Origin: Candidatus Firestoneibacteriota bacterium
GTDB lineage: Bacteria; Oederibacteriota; D2-FULL-39-29; CAIOVX01
Length of the DNA: 43,624 nt
Direction of reading: 5' to 3'
NCBI GenBank assembly: GCA_903894145.1
Contig: CAITPB010000255.1
Location: 1-43,624 of the forward strand
Shown here: piece after piece, positions 1-8,164 of the stretch
Position numbering within the stretch: the first letter of the stretch is position 1
Layout of the letters: each line of letters opens with the position of its first letter
The notes under the pieces: model-generated
What the model saw: only the letters and a program-made list of their open reading frames with translations
The model's database searches: none
Told to the model about the DNA's origin: nothing
Position numbers and translations under genes: made by a program

Positions 1-495
1 AAAATAGGGAATAATCTTAAAACAATCATCCACATCAAGTTCCGGAACAAGCCCCAGTTCTTCGACATGAAGAAGAAGCCCGTGTTCCCGCCTCCACTTC
101 ATAACTCCGCGCGCCTTGGTTGCCGCGTCTTTTAGTCCAAGTTCCTCGAACATCCTGCGCATCAGAAATTCCGAAGCGGTATTTATATTTGCCTTGCTTT
201 TCTCGTCCTCTATAGTAGCGGTGTAGACTCCCTCCCCGAATTTGACCTCCTTTTTTCCGCTGTTAAGCGAATTTATGCCGAGGAGATTTGAATACCTGTT
301 CTGAGCGCGGTTGGTTTCAAATACCATTGTATTGGCGCCGGCCTTGGCAACATAGAAGGCTTTTACCCGAAGCTCATAGTTTTTAACCGCCCTCTGTTGG
401 AGCTTAACGTAAACTGTCAGCCCGGCCGAAACCACCATAAGTATTGCGGATATCCAGAGAGCGGCCATGGCTATGTAGCCTCTTTCGTTCTTCAA
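1..495 (-). CDS. gspK: Type II secretion minor pseudopilin GspK-like; runs off the left edge of the window
   Basis: Not in the ORF track; translated by hand from TTG at 495 (after GGGGG RBS): MKNERG|YIAMAALWISAILMVVSAG...KAFYVAKAG...IEDEKSKANINTAS...VEELGLVPEL. It has a prepilin-like leader lacking Glu5, the GspK 'IxDExxKxNIN' motif, and follows gspJ. Confidence 0.85.
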   Translation of the reverse strand, partial: MKNERGYIAMAALWISAILMVVSAGLTVYVKLQQRAVKNYELRVKAFYVAKAGANTMVFETNRAQNRYSNLLGINSLNSGKKEVKFGEGVYTATIEDEKSKANINTASEFLMRRMFEELGLKDAATKARGVMKWRREHGLLLHVEELGLVPELDVDDCFKIIPYF

Positions 496-510
496 AAAGC
501 CCCCTAGACC

Positions 511-767
511 AAAATTCGAAAAAGCAAACTCGAAATTCGAATTACTCTGCGTCTTGTGATCAAGAACGCCAAGAATAAGCACCAGATCTCAAATCGCAAG
601 CACCAAATAAGCATCAAAAAAACAAAACAGCAAGAAGCAAAAAACAAAACTACCCCGAAACGAGCCAAAACTTTCTTCTTTTATGTTTATGTGTTTATTT
701 GTGATTTGGAGCTTGGGATTTGGTGCTTCCTCCCATTTCGAATTTCATGTTTCAGACTTCGGATTTG
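511..767. repeat. Two nested inverted-repeat hairpin cassettes with 7-nt periodic arms
   Basis: Outer arms ~511-543 (aaattcg aaaaagc aaactcg aaattcg) and ~735-767 (revcomp aaatccg aagtctg aaacatg aaattcg). Inner arms ~578-616 (aagcacc agatctc aaatcgc aagcacc aaataa) and ~695-728 (revcomp aagcacc aaatccc aagctcc aaatcac aaataa). Confidence 0.85.
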
Positions 768-769
768 CT

Positions 770-1468
770 TTATCTCTCGTATGCCACCAGATTAACACAC
801 GATTCCAGGACCGCGTACACCGGCTTAACACCATAGCTTTTCGCCGTAACCTTAAAATTGACAATCTGAGGGAGCAAGTTATGATAATTATTGCCTCTCG
901 CTTTCATAAGAGAATAAGTGTCCCAGCTGTCAACCCAGGACTGCTTTTTTCCGTCGTAATAGGAAAACACTATCGCGGTAATATTCTCCAGAACTTCATT
1001 TTCCTCGTTTTTCCAGGGCGCGGTCGCGAAATCCCAGACTGAGCTTCTTTGAAAACAGGCCTCAACCCCTTCAGACGTCGAAGCCGGGCCATACGTAACT
1101 TTGGCCCTATACGACCTTCTGGGGAAATACTCCGGCCAGTAAAGAGTGACCGGTCTGGAATAGGTCATTACTTCCACAGAAACCGCCGTACCTTTAAATC
1201 CGAAATAATTCCGCTTAATCAGCGCCGATGTATAACCGGAGTTTTTGCTAAAAAAGACCGGTTCCGAAGCTCCGGTGGACCTTAAGTCCCTGGTTAAGTT
1301 TTTTACCATGTTGCGTGCCGAAAGATAGGCCTCACATTCTTTGCGATAATTGTCGTATGCACCCAGCCCCGCGGAAAAAGCGGCGTACACCCCGGACATT
1401 ATTATAACTATAATCCCCAGGCCTACCATCAGTTCAAGTAACGTATAGCCGCGCTCTCTCAGTTCCAA
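770..1468 (-). CDS. gspJ: Type II secretion minor pseudopilin GspJ-like
   Basis: N-methylation motif RG|YTLLELMVGL; C-terminal 'FSYYDG...WVDSWD...LPQIV' is typical of GspJ; position in the H-I-J-K order. Confidence 0.8.
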   Translation of the reverse strand: MELRERGYTLLELMVGLGIIVIIMSGVYAAFSAGLGAYDNYRKECEAYLSARNMVKNLTRDLRSTGASEPVFFSKNSGYTSALIKRNYFGFKGTAVSVEVMTYSRPVTLYWPEYFPRRSYRAKVTYGPASTSEGVEACFQRSSVWDFATAPWKNEENEVLENITAIVFSYYDGKKQSWVDSWDTYSLMKARGNNYHNLLPQIVNFKVTAKSYGVKPVYAVLESCVNLVAYER

Positions 1469-1851
1469 TTCTGCACCGCCGGCTGCCTCGTAACAAAGAG
1501 GCTTTCCAGGCTTAAGGAACGGTCAGCCCCCCGCGCCTTATAGGCAACCCTCAGTTTAATGTTTATAAGCGAATAAAAATTGGTCCTTTGAACAACTGCT
1601 GATTGCTGTGACCAGGAAAAGCCCGGCCAGTCAGCCCCGAAGTCTCCTGACTCTGAAGCCTTGAACGCGTCCCGCCCGCCAAGCTGCTCCATCTCTTTCT
1701 GCGCGAGCGTTACCGCTATGCTTTGCTTTTTTATCTCTTCGACCGCAGCAAGCCCTGCCGCGACAGATTGAAGAGCCGCGACTATCACAATGCTCAGTAT
1801 CGCCACTCCGACAAGAGCCTCCAGAAGTATGTAGCCATGATTATTTTTCAT
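1459..1851 (-). CDS. gspI: Type II secretion minor pseudopilin GspI-like
   Basis: HG|YILLEALVGVAIL leader; 'LAQKEMEQL...ESGDFG..WPGFSW'; 130 aa. Confidence 0.8.
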   Translation of the reverse strand: MKNNHGYILLEALVGVAILSIVIVAALQSVAAGLAAVEEIKKQSIAVTLAQKEMEQLGGRDAFKASESGDFGADWPGFSWSQQSAVVQRTNFYSLINIKLRVAYKARGADRSLSLESLFVTRQPAVQNWN

Positions 1852-2365
1852 AGTTCAGTAATTTTACCGTCCCGGTTGTTGCCGCGAAAACCAGTGTATA
1901 AACTTCCCCTTTTGCTCCTGAGAGCACCACGAAACCGCTTTCAGAACTTCCATCCGGGTAGAAAGTTATGTAATCCGGCGCACCTGATGCGGCTGCCCCG
2001 GATAAGGATCTCGGCGTATTCAAGCTCTTAATGGCTACTTCGCTGATTAGAACTATCTGCTTTACATCAGCCGTCACTTCGTACTGCATAGTAGCCGGGT
2101 TCATTCCGGATAGCGTTACGGTGTTTGCTCCCGGGTCAAAAGTCACGCGGTAATTTACCCCTTTTGCTTCTGCCAAGTTTCTAGCCAGGTCAGACATCCC
2201 TGCAGATTTCACAGCCTCTAAATAGGCCTTTTTCGAGGCATAGAAATTCCCGAACCAGATTGCGAGCACGGCCGTCATCGATATTATTATCGATACGACG
2301 ATGAGCATTTCAACAAGCGTGAATCCGGGGTTATTTGTTCTCTGACCAGTTCGTAATATCCGCAT
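1841..2365 (-). CDS. gspH: Type II secretion minor pseudopilin GspH/FimT-like
   Basis: PG|FTLVEMLIV leader; 'ITFYPDGSS' motif near the C-terminus; directly follows gspG. Confidence 0.8.
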   Translation of the reverse strand: MRILRTGQRTNNPGFTLVEMLIVVSIIISMTAVLAIWFGNFYASKKAYLEAVKSAGMSDLARNLAEAKGVNYRVTFDPGANTVTLSGMNPATMQYEVTADVKQIVLISEVAIKSLNTPRSLSGAAASGAPDYITFYPDGSSESGFVVLSGAKGEVYTLVFAATTGTVKLLNYEK

Positions 2366-2768
2366 CAGGCCCCTGCCCGCCTTCCTTTCCGTCTCTGCCG
2401 TAAGAGCAGAGATCGTATCCGTTGGGATTATTCAGGCCGGGACACATATAAATGTATGTACCGTTCCAGGGATCGTTTCCGACCCGTTTCTTTATATATG
2501 GACCTTTCCAGCTGGTTGGAACCGGCTGGCTGGTCGGGGCGTTATAGAGCGCGTCCAGTCCTTGCTCGGTCGTCGGGTAAAAACCGTTATCCGCCTCATA
2601 GGCGTCGAGGGCCAGCTCCATCGTGGCAATATCAGACTTTGCCGCCGCTATCCTCGCGTCTTCGGTCCTGCCGAAGAACCGAGGGGCAAGGGTTGAGGCG
2701 AGGATGACGATAATTACGACGACTGTAAGGATTTCGATTAAGGTAAATCCTTTTTCCTTCTTAAACAT
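2331..2768 (-). CDS. gspG: Type II secretion major pseudopilin GspG
   Basis: KG|FTLIEIL leader; YPTTEQGLDAL, WKGPY, DPWNGTYIY, and the SYGRDGKEGGQGPDADITNW Ca-binding tail; GGAGG RBS. Confidence 0.97.
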   Translation of the reverse strand: MFKKEKGFTLIEILTVVVIIVILASTLAPRFFGRTEDARIAAAKSDIATMELALDAYEADNGFYPTTEQGLDALYNAPTSQPVPTSWKGPYIKKRVGNDPWNGTYIYMCPGLNNPNGYDLCSYGRDGKEGGQGPDADITNWSENK

Positions 2769-2784
2769 ATGGCCTCCAAATTTA

Positions 2785-2880
2785 CGTTTATAACGTTTGT
2801 AACGTTCTTAACGTTTATAACGAATAGCACAAATGCTTTACGTTACAAACCTTACAAACGTTATGAACGTTATAAACCGC
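2785..2880. repeat. Hairpin cassette with 9-nt periodic arms (copy B1)
   Basis: Left arm cgtttataa cgtttgtaa cgttcttaa cgtttataa cg (2785-2822); 18-nt spacer; right arm cg ttacaaacc ttacaaacg ttatgaacg ttataaacc gc (2841-2880). Confidence 0.9.
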
Positions 2881-3989
2881 TATTTAACAATCGAACTCAA
2901 TCCCAATATCGGAAGCAGCACCGCGATTACTACAAAACCCACGCCCACCGCCATGACCAGTATCATGATAGGCTCCAGAAGAATTACAATCCTTCGCGTG
3001 GTCATCTCCATCTCTTTCTCGTAGTAAGCGGCTACCCTGCTCATAACATCCTCAAGTTTACCGGTTTCTTCCCCGACCTGAATCATCTGGATGATAGTTT
3101 TGGGAAAGAACGGTACATCTTTCAAGGCCAGGGAGAGACTGGACCCCCTCTCCACGCTTTTTGCCGCCGCCTTTATGTGCTTGGAAAGGACCGCGTTGCC
3201 GATAGTCTCGCCGGTAATTGAGAGCGCCTGCAGCATAGGGACCCCGCTTCCGGCCATTATGCTCAGAGAAAAGGAAAACCTCGTCAACAGGGCCTTCCGC
3301 ATTGCCGTGCCGAAAAGCGGAACATAGAGTACTGCCGTGTCAATTACCTCTCTTCCATTTTCCGTGCGTGAGTAGCGCGAATAAAATATTGCTCCGGCCG
3401 CAACTGCCGCAAGAATCACCCACCAGTAACCCGTAAAGAATGAACTGATGCCCATAAGTATCACGGTCGGAAGAGGGAGCGCCTGTTTGAATTCCGCGAA
3501 GAGCGTAACAAAAGTTGGAAGTATAACGGCCAGAATGAAGACCAGCACGGAAATTCCGACAAATAGCATTATCATCGGGTAGATCATCATCGTGGATATC
3601 TTAGACTGAAAATCCTCTTCCCATTCAAGCTGGTCGGCATACTTGGCCAGCGCCTTCTCGAACATACCGGTGACTTCTCCAACTTTGATGAGCCCTACCA
3701 TAAGCGGCGGAAAGGTTTGCGGATATTCGGACAAACATTCCGAGAAAGGAGTCCCGCCCTTTATCTTGTCTTTTATCTTTCCAACTATGCCTTTAAGCCT
3801 GGACTCTTCCATGCTATCCCAGAGTGTATTCATCGCCTGGTATAGCGGAACCCCTGCTCCGGACATAGTTGCCAGCTGCCGCGTGAAGGCGCTCAATTGC
3901 CCCACGCTCACCTTAGGAACATACAGGGAATTAAGCCGTTTGACGGCGTCTTTTATGGTAGCAAGCGCGCTCTCAGCCAACGTCTTCAT
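2880..3989 (-). CDS. gspF: Type II secretion inner-membrane platform protein GspF/PilC
   Basis: FTRQLATMSGAGVPL, VGEVTG, MIYP, MIQVGEETGKL, LLEP. The start may be TTG at 3980, which is better spaced from AGGAGG. Confidence 0.95.
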   Translation of the reverse strand: MKTLAESALATIKDAVKRLNSLYVPKVSVGQLSAFTRQLATMSGAGVPLYQAMNTLWDSMEESRLKGIVGKIKDKIKGGTPFSECLSEYPQTFPPLMVGLIKVGEVTGMFEKALAKYADQLEWEEDFQSKISTMMIYPMIMLFVGISVLVFILAVILPTFVTLFAEFKQALPLPTVILMGISSFFTGYWWVILAAVAAGAIFYSRYSRTENGREVIDTAVLYVPLFGTAMRKALLTRFSFSLSIMAGSGVPMLQALSITGETIGNAVLSKHIKAAAKSVERGSSLSLALKDVPFFPKTIIQMIQVGEETGKLEDVMSRVAAYYEKEMEMTTRRIVILLEPIMILVMAVGVGFVVIAVLLPILGLSSIVK

Positions 3990-5487
3990 CCTCCTGCGTG
4001 ACCTTTATAACTTCGTCAATGGTAGTAATGCCTTTTCTCACGCGCTCAAAACCATCGTCGCGCAGGGATCTCATACCGAACTCTCTCGCCTTATTCTTTA
4101 TATCACCTGTCATTGAGTGTTCCATCACCATTTTTTTCAGCTGCTCGTTCATCGTAAGCAGTTCGTAAATCCCGCTCCTTCCGTAATAGCCGGTGTTAAG
4201 GCATTTCTCGCAGCCCGTTCCTTTCATAAACTTGTCGCCGGGTTTTCTCTCAAATCTAAAATCCGCCAGATGGTCGTTGCCGGGATCATAGGGCTTGCCG
4301 CAGCTGTCGCACACAACGCGTACCAGCCTTTGCGCCATTATCCCTATGACTGAAGAAGCGACAAGATAGGGTTCTATCCCCATGTCAATAAGCCTTGTTA
4401 TTGAGCCCGCCGCGTCATTGGTGTGGAGTGTGGCAAAAACCAGATGGCCTGTAAGCGAAGCCCTTATAGCTATCTCCGCAGTCTCAAGATCCCTGATTTC
4501 TCCAATCATTATGATATCCGGATCGTGCCTCAGAATGTGGCGGAGTCCCTTTGCAAAGGTCAACCCGATTTTTGAATTTACTTGTATTTGGTTTATGCCT
4601 GAGAGGTGATACTCAACCGGCTCCTCAACAGTTATTATCTTCACGCTTGCCGAGTTAATCCTTGAAAGAGCCGTATAGAGGGTGGTGGTCTTGCCGCTGC
4701 CTGTCGGGCCTGTCACAAGGAAGATTCCGTGAGGCCTTGCTATAATGTTCTCAAAAGCTTTGTGCGTGTCGGGAAGCATGCCGAGCTGCTCCATACCGAA
4801 CAAGATACCTGCCTTGTCAAGTATCCTCATTACAACTCCCTCTCCGTAAAGGGTCGGGATAACAGAAACACGGCAATCAATCTGTTTGCCGCCTGCTTTA
4901 AGCTCTATCCTTCCGTCCTGCGGCAGCCTGCGCTCCGCAATATTCATCTCTGACATAATCTTGATTCTGGAGACTATCGCCCCGCGAAAATACTTTAGTT
5001 CCGCCGGCATCGGGACATCGCGCAACACGCCGTCAACGCGGAATCTGACCTGAAGCTCCCTCTCGAAGGGTTCCAGGTGAATATCGGTAGCCCTTTCTTT
5101 CAGGGCTTCCAGGAAAAGCTGGTTAACAAACTGGATGACTGAGGCGTCCTGAGCCATAGCGGTCTCGTCTATCTGCTCCGCTTCAGGGCCGGATCTGTCA
5201 AGAGACGCCCCGCTTTCAGCTATCATTCTCGCGACAGTATCGGCCCCGACCCCGTAATGTTTCTTTATGGCAAGCGTAATTTCTTCTTCCGGTGTTTCAA
5301 GAGGGGTTACCGGCTTATTAAAGATGAGTCGAATTTCATCAAGGACCTGAAGATTGTGACGGTCTGTTACGGCTACAACTACCGCGCCGTTTTCTTCTTT
5401 GACAGGAATTGCCTTGAATTTATTCGCGAACTTCAGGGGAAGCTTGGCGATAAGCCTTGTGTCAATCTCGATGTTGGAGAGCTTCAT
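3973..5487 (-). CDS. gspE: Type II secretion ATPase GspE/PilB
   Basis: ATDIHLEP, RRLPQDGR, Walker A GPTGSGKTT, EEPVEY, LRHDPDIIMIGEIRD, TGHLVFATLHTN, and a tetracysteine motif. Confidence 0.97.
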   Translation of the reverse strand: MKLSNIEIDTRLIAKLPLKFANKFKAIPVKEENGAVVVAVTDRHNLQVLDEIRLIFNKPVTPLETPEEEITLAIKKHYGVGADTVARMIAESGASLDRSGPEAEQIDETAMAQDASVIQFVNQLFLEALKERATDIHLEPFERELQVRFRVDGVLRDVPMPAELKYFRGAIVSRIKIMSEMNIAERRLPQDGRIELKAGGKQIDCRVSVIPTLYGEGVVMRILDKAGILFGMEQLGMLPDTHKAFENIIARPHGIFLVTGPTGSGKTTTLYTALSRINSASVKIITVEEPVEYHLSGINQIQVNSKIGLTFAKGLRHILRHDPDIIMIGEIRDLETAEIAIRASLTGHLVFATLHTNDAAGSITRLIDMGIEPYLVASSVIGIMAQRLVRVVCDSCGKPYDPGNDHLADFRFERKPGDKFMKGTGCEKCLNTGYYGRSGIYELLTMNEQLKKMVMEHSMTGDIKNKAREFGMRSLRDDGFERVRKGITTIDEVIKVTQEDEDVG

Positions 5488-5492
5488 ACTTC

Positions 5493-5503
5493 TTTATACC
5501 ACA
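5493..5503 (-). promoter_or_regulatory. Extended -10 promoter (TGTGg-TATAAA) 5 nt upstream of the gspE ATG; probable leaderless start
   Basis: Minus strand reads ttaTGTGgTATAAAgaagtATG; no SD at normal spacing. Confidence 0.55.
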
Positions 5504-5632
5504 TAAGAGGACGCTCCTTTTGACACAAAACAGGAAGTCTTTGTCATTAGACCATTTCTAAGCTGCAAAGTTTCAAAAGACCTTACAGGACCTAAACATT
5601 AAACAATTGGAGGGGAACTTCCTTCAAGCTAT

Positions 5633-5755
5633 GCGGTTTATAACGTTACTAACGTTTGTAACGTTAATAACGAAAACAAAAGGCACCACTACCCCACAAC
5701 ATCTGAATACCAAACACTGCTTTACGTTATAAACGTTAAGAACGTTAAAAACGTT
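5633..5755. repeat. Hairpin cassette with 9-nt periodic arms (copy B2)
   Basis: Left arm gc ggtttataa cgttactaa cgtttgtaa cgttaataa cg (5633-5672); right arm cg ttataaacg ttaagaacg ttaaaaacg tt (5725-5755). Confidence 0.9.
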
Positions 5756-5763
5756 ATTTTGCT

Positions 5764-5829
5764 ATGCCGGACGAAGTACGGCATTATCAATATCCTACCT
5801 CACAAAACAGGACACACGAAGTGTGGCCT
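5764..5829. repeat. Two 21-nt REP-like palindromes sharing the core ACGAAGT
   Basis: ATGCCG-G-AC-GAA-GT-A-CGGCAT (5764-5784) and AGG-A-CACAC-GAA-GTGTG-G-CCT (5809-5829). Confidence 0.55.
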
Positions 5830-5853
5830 ATAAACCTTAAGAACTTTTGTCTT

Positions 5854-8055
5854 TTACTTTATCCCTTTCTTCCACACCCCTCCGCCAAAAGTCGCCACAT
5901 ACATATCTCCGCCTTCGTAATCAAAAAATATCCGCTGAGGGGAAGCAAACGGGAAGTCAGTTTCGGACCACGAGGCTCCGCCGTCAACACTTTCCAGCAT
6001 ACCTCTTCCCTCTGTGGTCAGCAGGATGTGTTTTGTATTCCGCGGGTCTATGCAGGGCTTGAACGGATATATTACTTTTGGGGAAATATCCTTGGTCAAA
6101 TTCTTCCAGGTCTTCCCGCCGTCAACAGTCTTAAAGACGCCTCCATAATTCACACCTTTCAGACTGCCCATTGCGGTTAAATAAATAGTATCAGGATCAT
6201 TCGGGTCTATGTCAAATTCTACTGGCCAGAGAAGCAAAGTTCCGTCGCACTCGCTGGCTACCAGTTCCCAGTTTTCGCCGCGGTCTTTTGATCGGAAGAG
6301 CCCCCCGGGCACCGGATAATCGTTCGTGCCCTTGATCCTGTGCGCAGTTATGAGGCAATAGAGAGTTCCTTTCCTGTCTTTCGCTATCGTGTATACATCC
6401 GTATTGTCTGAAGCCATTTTGTGGTCAGACCTATTTTTCACAACCAGACCGTTGGACTTCTTAACCCAGGTCTTTCCTCTATCCAAGGACTTATAAACTC
6501 CGTCGGAATACATCACCGCGTAGAGCGCGTTATCCGTCCGGTCAAACAGCAGTTTGGTACAGGCCACCTTGGGAAGACCGTCCGAGACTACTTTCCAGGT
6601 CTTCGCGTAGTCGTCGCTTCTTAATACGCCGCCTGGATATTTTGCGCCTTCGCAGTTTGACCAATGGGGAATATCGTGCTCGTTGGAAGCCGCACCGTAG
6701 ACAACACCGGGGGTGTCAGGGTCAAAAGCCAGGTCATAGACCGTGTTCAGCCAGGCGCTCCCGGTTATCGCGATAGACCAGCTCTTACCAGAATCTTCGC
6801 TCCTCGCAAAACCTATATCGGTATAGCAGATGTAATGAATATTCTTTTTATTAGGATCAATATAATAATTCCAACTGGAGGATTCTTCCAGACCGCGCGT
6901 CTGCCATGCGGCCCCTTTTATCGGGGTTCCTTCCTGCATCAGTTTCGTGTAGGAGTAGTTCCAGCTCTTTCCCCCGTCAAGCGTAACCATAAGTTCGCCC
7001 ATCCCGCAGCCCGCAAGAATGTCAGGATTAGAGGGGCAAATGTTTGTACCCTGTGTAAGCGGCCCTGAATAGCCCTTGCCGAATTCGTAGGTTATCCAGC
7101 CAAGTTTGACATTCTTGTAATTGTCAGGTTTGAAGACGTTCTTCCAGGTATTCCCGGAATCTGTTGACTTGTAAATATCGAAAATATCCCTGTTTGTGAC
7201 ATAGACGGTATCAGGGTCGGATTCCGCCGTGTATAACGCGAAAGGGTTTGGCGCGGTTCTTGCCCCGGCAGGAGCAATATCCCAGTTTTCACCCCTGTCT
7301 AAGGAACGCCAGAGGTCAGTTCCCGCAAGACAATAGAGCGCGCATTTTCCCGCAATACTGCCTCCCGAGAAACTTTTCATCTCAGGTTTTTTGAGCTTTG
7401 AAATCCAGGTCTTTCCTCCGTCATCCGAACGGAAGATGCCATTCCTGGTGGCGGCAAATATCGCTTTGCCGAATTTGCTCCCGCTCTGATCAATAAGGAA
7501 ATTCAGCGTGCTGCCGGAAACGCCTTCGCAGGCTGCCCAGGTCGTACCTCCGTCCGCGCTTATAAAAGATCCCTTATCTGTTCCAAAAAGCATGGTATCC
7601 GGAGTTTCCCTGTCCAAGTAGATCTTAAGCACCCGGTCGACTGAGGGCATTTTTTCCGCAAGGATGCTCCAGGAGGAGCCGCCGTCTCTGCTGACTCTGA
7701 TACCGTAGGCGTCTTTAAAACTTCTTCCGGCGCAGTAAATTGTTCCGGCTTCCTTAGGGTGAAACACGGGAGTTCCCGGCAGTATGCCGTTCAACTCTTT
7801 CCAATCCACAGTTTTCCAGGACTTCCCATAATCAGCGCTGACATAGAACCCTGACATATCCCCGCCAAGAACCATTCGTGAAGGATCAACCGGAGAAATT
7901 GCCAGGGTTTGCATTCCTGCGGACTGTCCTATCCCTGTCTCGACCCACGCCGGCCCGGATTGCGCGGACGGCGAAATGCAGCACTTATTGCCGGCGCAGC
8001 CTGAGAGGAAGAGAAGTACAATAACCGGGAAGAGCAGGGACATTTTCGTAAACAT
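5854..8055 (-). CDS. BNR/Asp-box repeat double beta-propeller lipoprotein, GH74/VPS10-like putative glycoside hydrolase
   Basis: Lipobox LSG-C; 13 (S/T)xDxxxxW Asp-boxes; GGDMSGFY and YTDIGF resemble the two GH74 catalytic-Asp motifs. Start chosen at ATG 8055 after GGAGG. Confidence 0.75.
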   Translation of the reverse strand: MFTKMSLLFPVIVLLFLSGCAGNKCCISPSAQSGPAWVETGIGQSAGMQTLAISPVDPSRMVLGGDMSGFYVSADYGKSWKTVDWKELNGILPGTPVFHPKEAGTIYCAGRSFKDAYGIRVSRDGGSSWSILAEKMPSVDRVLKIYLDRETPDTMLFGTDKGSFISADGGTTWAACEGVSGSTLNFLIDQSGSKFGKAIFAATRNGIFRSDDGGKTWISKLKKPEMKSFSGGSIAGKCALYCLAGTDLWRSLDRGENWDIAPAGARTAPNPFALYTAESDPDTVYVTNRDIFDIYKSTDSGNTWKNVFKPDNYKNVKLGWITYEFGKGYSGPLTQGTNICPSNPDILAGCGMGELMVTLDGGKSWNYSYTKLMQEGTPIKGAAWQTRGLEESSSWNYYIDPNKKNIHYICYTDIGFARSEDSGKSWSIAITGSAWLNTVYDLAFDPDTPGVVYGAASNEHDIPHWSNCEGAKYPGGVLRSDDYAKTWKVVSDGLPKVACTKLLFDRTDNALYAVMYSDGVYKSLDRGKTWVKKSNGLVVKNRSDHKMASDNTDVYTIAKDRKGTLYCLITAHRIKGTNDYPVPGGLFRSKDRGENWELVASECDGTLLLWPVEFDIDPNDPDTIYLTAMGSLKGVNYGGVFKTVDGGKTWKNLTKDISPKVIYPFKPCIDPRNTKHILLTTEGRGMLESVDGGASWSETDFPFASPQRIFFDYEGGDMYVATFGGGVWKKGIK

Positions 8056-8111
8056 CGTACCTCCGCAAAACATGACACCTTGTTTATATTATACAACCGG
8101 GAAGGGCCCAT

Positions 8112-8149
8112 TAAAAGAAAAAAGGGGGCGGATTTCTCCGCCCCCTTTT
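8112..8149 (-). terminator. Rho-independent terminator after degP (possibly bidirectional)
   Basis: GGGGGCGGA-GAAA-TCCGCCCCC followed by TTTTTTCTTTT on the minus strand. Confidence 0.9.
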
Positions 8150-8164
8150 AGGGATATCGACGAA

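Noticed and set aside
556-795. Plus-strand ORF (79 aa, KHQISNRKHQ...CDLELGIWCF) and the overlapping ORF 683-1042
   Set aside because: These are translations of the heptamer repeat arms and of the gspJ antisense strand; no RBS and low complexity.
2769-3221. Plus-strand ORF with (TFI/TFV)n and (RYK)n periodicity
   Set aside because: The 3-residue periodicity is a by-product of the 9-nt repeats; the rest is antisense to gspF.
2785-5755. Nonamer and heptamer arrays as CRISPR repeats
   Set aside because: The units are 7-9 nt, contiguous and inverted, with no unique spacers and no cas genes in the window.
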